Below the pieces are notes generated by a model that did no database searches, was not told the DNA's origin, and worked only from the letters and a program-made list of their open reading frames with translations. A stretch of 62,792 nucleotides of DNA, filler included, from Chiloscyllium plagiosum (taxonomy: Eukaryota), in NCBI RefSeq assembly GCF_004010195.1. It is 6 parts of one record of this genome, joined end to end, with 100 filler letters (N's around TTAATTAATTAA, not from the genome) between each part and the next. Parts side by side here need not be neighbours in the genome. Positions count along the whole stretch, not along the records: positions 61,108 to 62,792 come from NC_057713.1; 5 more parts are not named here. One strand, given 5' to 3'. Of the stretch, positions 61,108 through 62,792 are shown one piece after another; the stretch's first letter is position 1; the number at the start of each line of letters is the position of its first letter. The position numbers and the translations under genes were made by a program.

Positions 61108-62792
61108 TGAACCAACTGTTCAGTCTCCTGAGTGTTTGTTTATTGAAAATCAGGGGGAGCATCCGTATAGGGTATAGCAAATGAGTGAGAATATTCATCT
61201 TAATAAGCGCTATCCGACCCAACCATGAGACTGGAAGTGCCTCCTATCTTTGGAGATCTTGTTTAATTTTTTCAAATAATTGAGTAAAATTGGCTTTGAA
61301 CTGGAGTAATGAATATGCCCAAATACACAAAACCACCCTGTGACTACCTAAATGGGAATCTATAGTCACTCTCAAGAGCCAACTCTTTCGTAAAACCACC
61401 CATAGTCATAGCCTCTGATTTAGCAAAATTAATCTTATACCCTGAAAAAGCACCAAACGTGTGAATGCATTGTATCAGGCAAGGCACTGAAACTGCTGGA
61501 TTTGTCAAGAAAATTAGAACATCATCTGCATACAGCGAGATCTTATGTAATTTTGACCCCATTTCTGGAGCTGATATATTGAGATCCCCACGAATGGCCT
61601 CTGCCAACGGTTCAATCACTAACGTAAAAAGTAATGGTGAAAGGGGACAGCCCTGCTGGCTGCCCCTAGAAATATTAAAATTGCTTGATTTTGGTAATGA
61701 CCGCAGCGAGAGGTATACTGTAGAGAACCTTTACCCATCTTATGAAAACTTCGCCCAGACCAAACCGGTCTAGAGAATAGAAAAGGTACAGCCACTCAAC
61801 TCGGTCAAATGCCTTCTCTGCATCTAAAGAAATCACCAATCCCTGTATTGACTGCTGTTGGCATGCTTGAATTACGTTAAGCAGCCCCCCCAACGTTATT
61901 GGAGGATCTGTGACCCTTTAAGAAGCCCGTCTGATCCTCTTTAATAATAGAAGGTAACACAGTCTCCAGCCTTAACGCAAGAGCCTTAGAAAGGATCTTA
62001 AAATCCACATTTAAGAGCGAGATGGGCCTGTATGAAGCACAGTCTTCCGGATCCTTCCCTTTTTTAAGGATAAGTGAAATGTTGGCCTCTCTCAGAGATG
62101 GTGGGAGACAAACATGACTGTATGAATCATTAAACATATTCAGCATCGGGCCTGACAGTATACTTATAAATTCCTTATAGAATTCACTGGGAAGTCCATC
62201 AGGACCGGGCGCCTTTCCACTCTGAAGCTGCTTCACAGCTTCCTGCACTTCTTGCTCTAATAATGGGGCATTGAGAAAGGGCTGTTGTTCGGGAGTCACA
62301 TCCGGGATTCCATTTTGGCCTGCCCCTCTTCTCAATTCTTAGACTGATATAATTTAGAGTAGAATCTCTGGAACGCCACATTAATCTTTTTAGAATCACA
62401 TGTTAGGTTCTCAGACCCTTCCCTAATCACTGTAATGGTTTATGGGGCACTTCTCTTTCTGGCAAGGTATGCTAAGTAATTGCCTGGCTTGTCACCATGC
62501 TCGTATAACCTTTGCTTTGCAAAAGCCAGCTCCTTCTTTGCCGTCTGCGTGAGCACAGAATTTAGTGCAGACCGCAGCGCCGTAATCCTCTGCAGTTTGA
62601 CAAACGAGGGTCTGTCAAAGTAGGCCTTCTCGGCTGCCTTCAACCGTGCTTCAAGGAGACGTTGCTGCTTGCCCTTCTGCCGCTTCCAACTTGTGGAATA
62701 TAAAATAACTAACCCTCTGGCATAAGCTTTGGCAGTTTCTCAGACAACAGATGAGCTATCAACCGAGCCTATGTTGATGTCTAGGAATGCCC
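61108..62792 (-). mobile_element. L1-clade LINE ORF2 (RT), frameshifted
   Basis: GKAPGPDGLPSEFYKEF, YRPISLLNVDFKILSK, LDAEKAFDRVEW, QGCPLSP and LYADDVL across split ORFs. Confidence 0.92.

Overview
Vertebrate genomic DNA, most likely a cartilaginous fish (shark): it is dense in CR1/HER1-type LINEs, HE1/V-type tRNA SINEs and Penelope-like elements (PLEs). It comes from a fragmented draft assembly with five synthetic 100-bp spacers (44N-TTAATTAATTAA-44N) and two plain N gaps. Host coding content is six + strand exons with canonical AG/GT sites and compatible phases: three internal NBEAL2 exons (16763-22011) and three KIF9 motor-domain exons (30953-41552). Neither gene is complete, and an assembly spacer lies between them. 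The rest is intron filled with CR1, L1/Tx1, Rex1/Babar, Gypsy remnants, Tc1/mariner MITEs, SINEs and PLE fragments; most ORFs in the supplied track are decayed TE fragments or noise. The most striking pattern is a recurring class of about 90-320 bp PLE-terminus insertions. They are flanked by 11-16 bp target-site duplications, mostly fold back into long hairpins (up to 87 bp perfect), and carry minimal hammerhead ribozyme (HHR) cores; one has a head-to-tail 99-nt ribozyme dimer. Family names come from motif recognition and recall, not database searches, and boundaries of old repeats are approximate.
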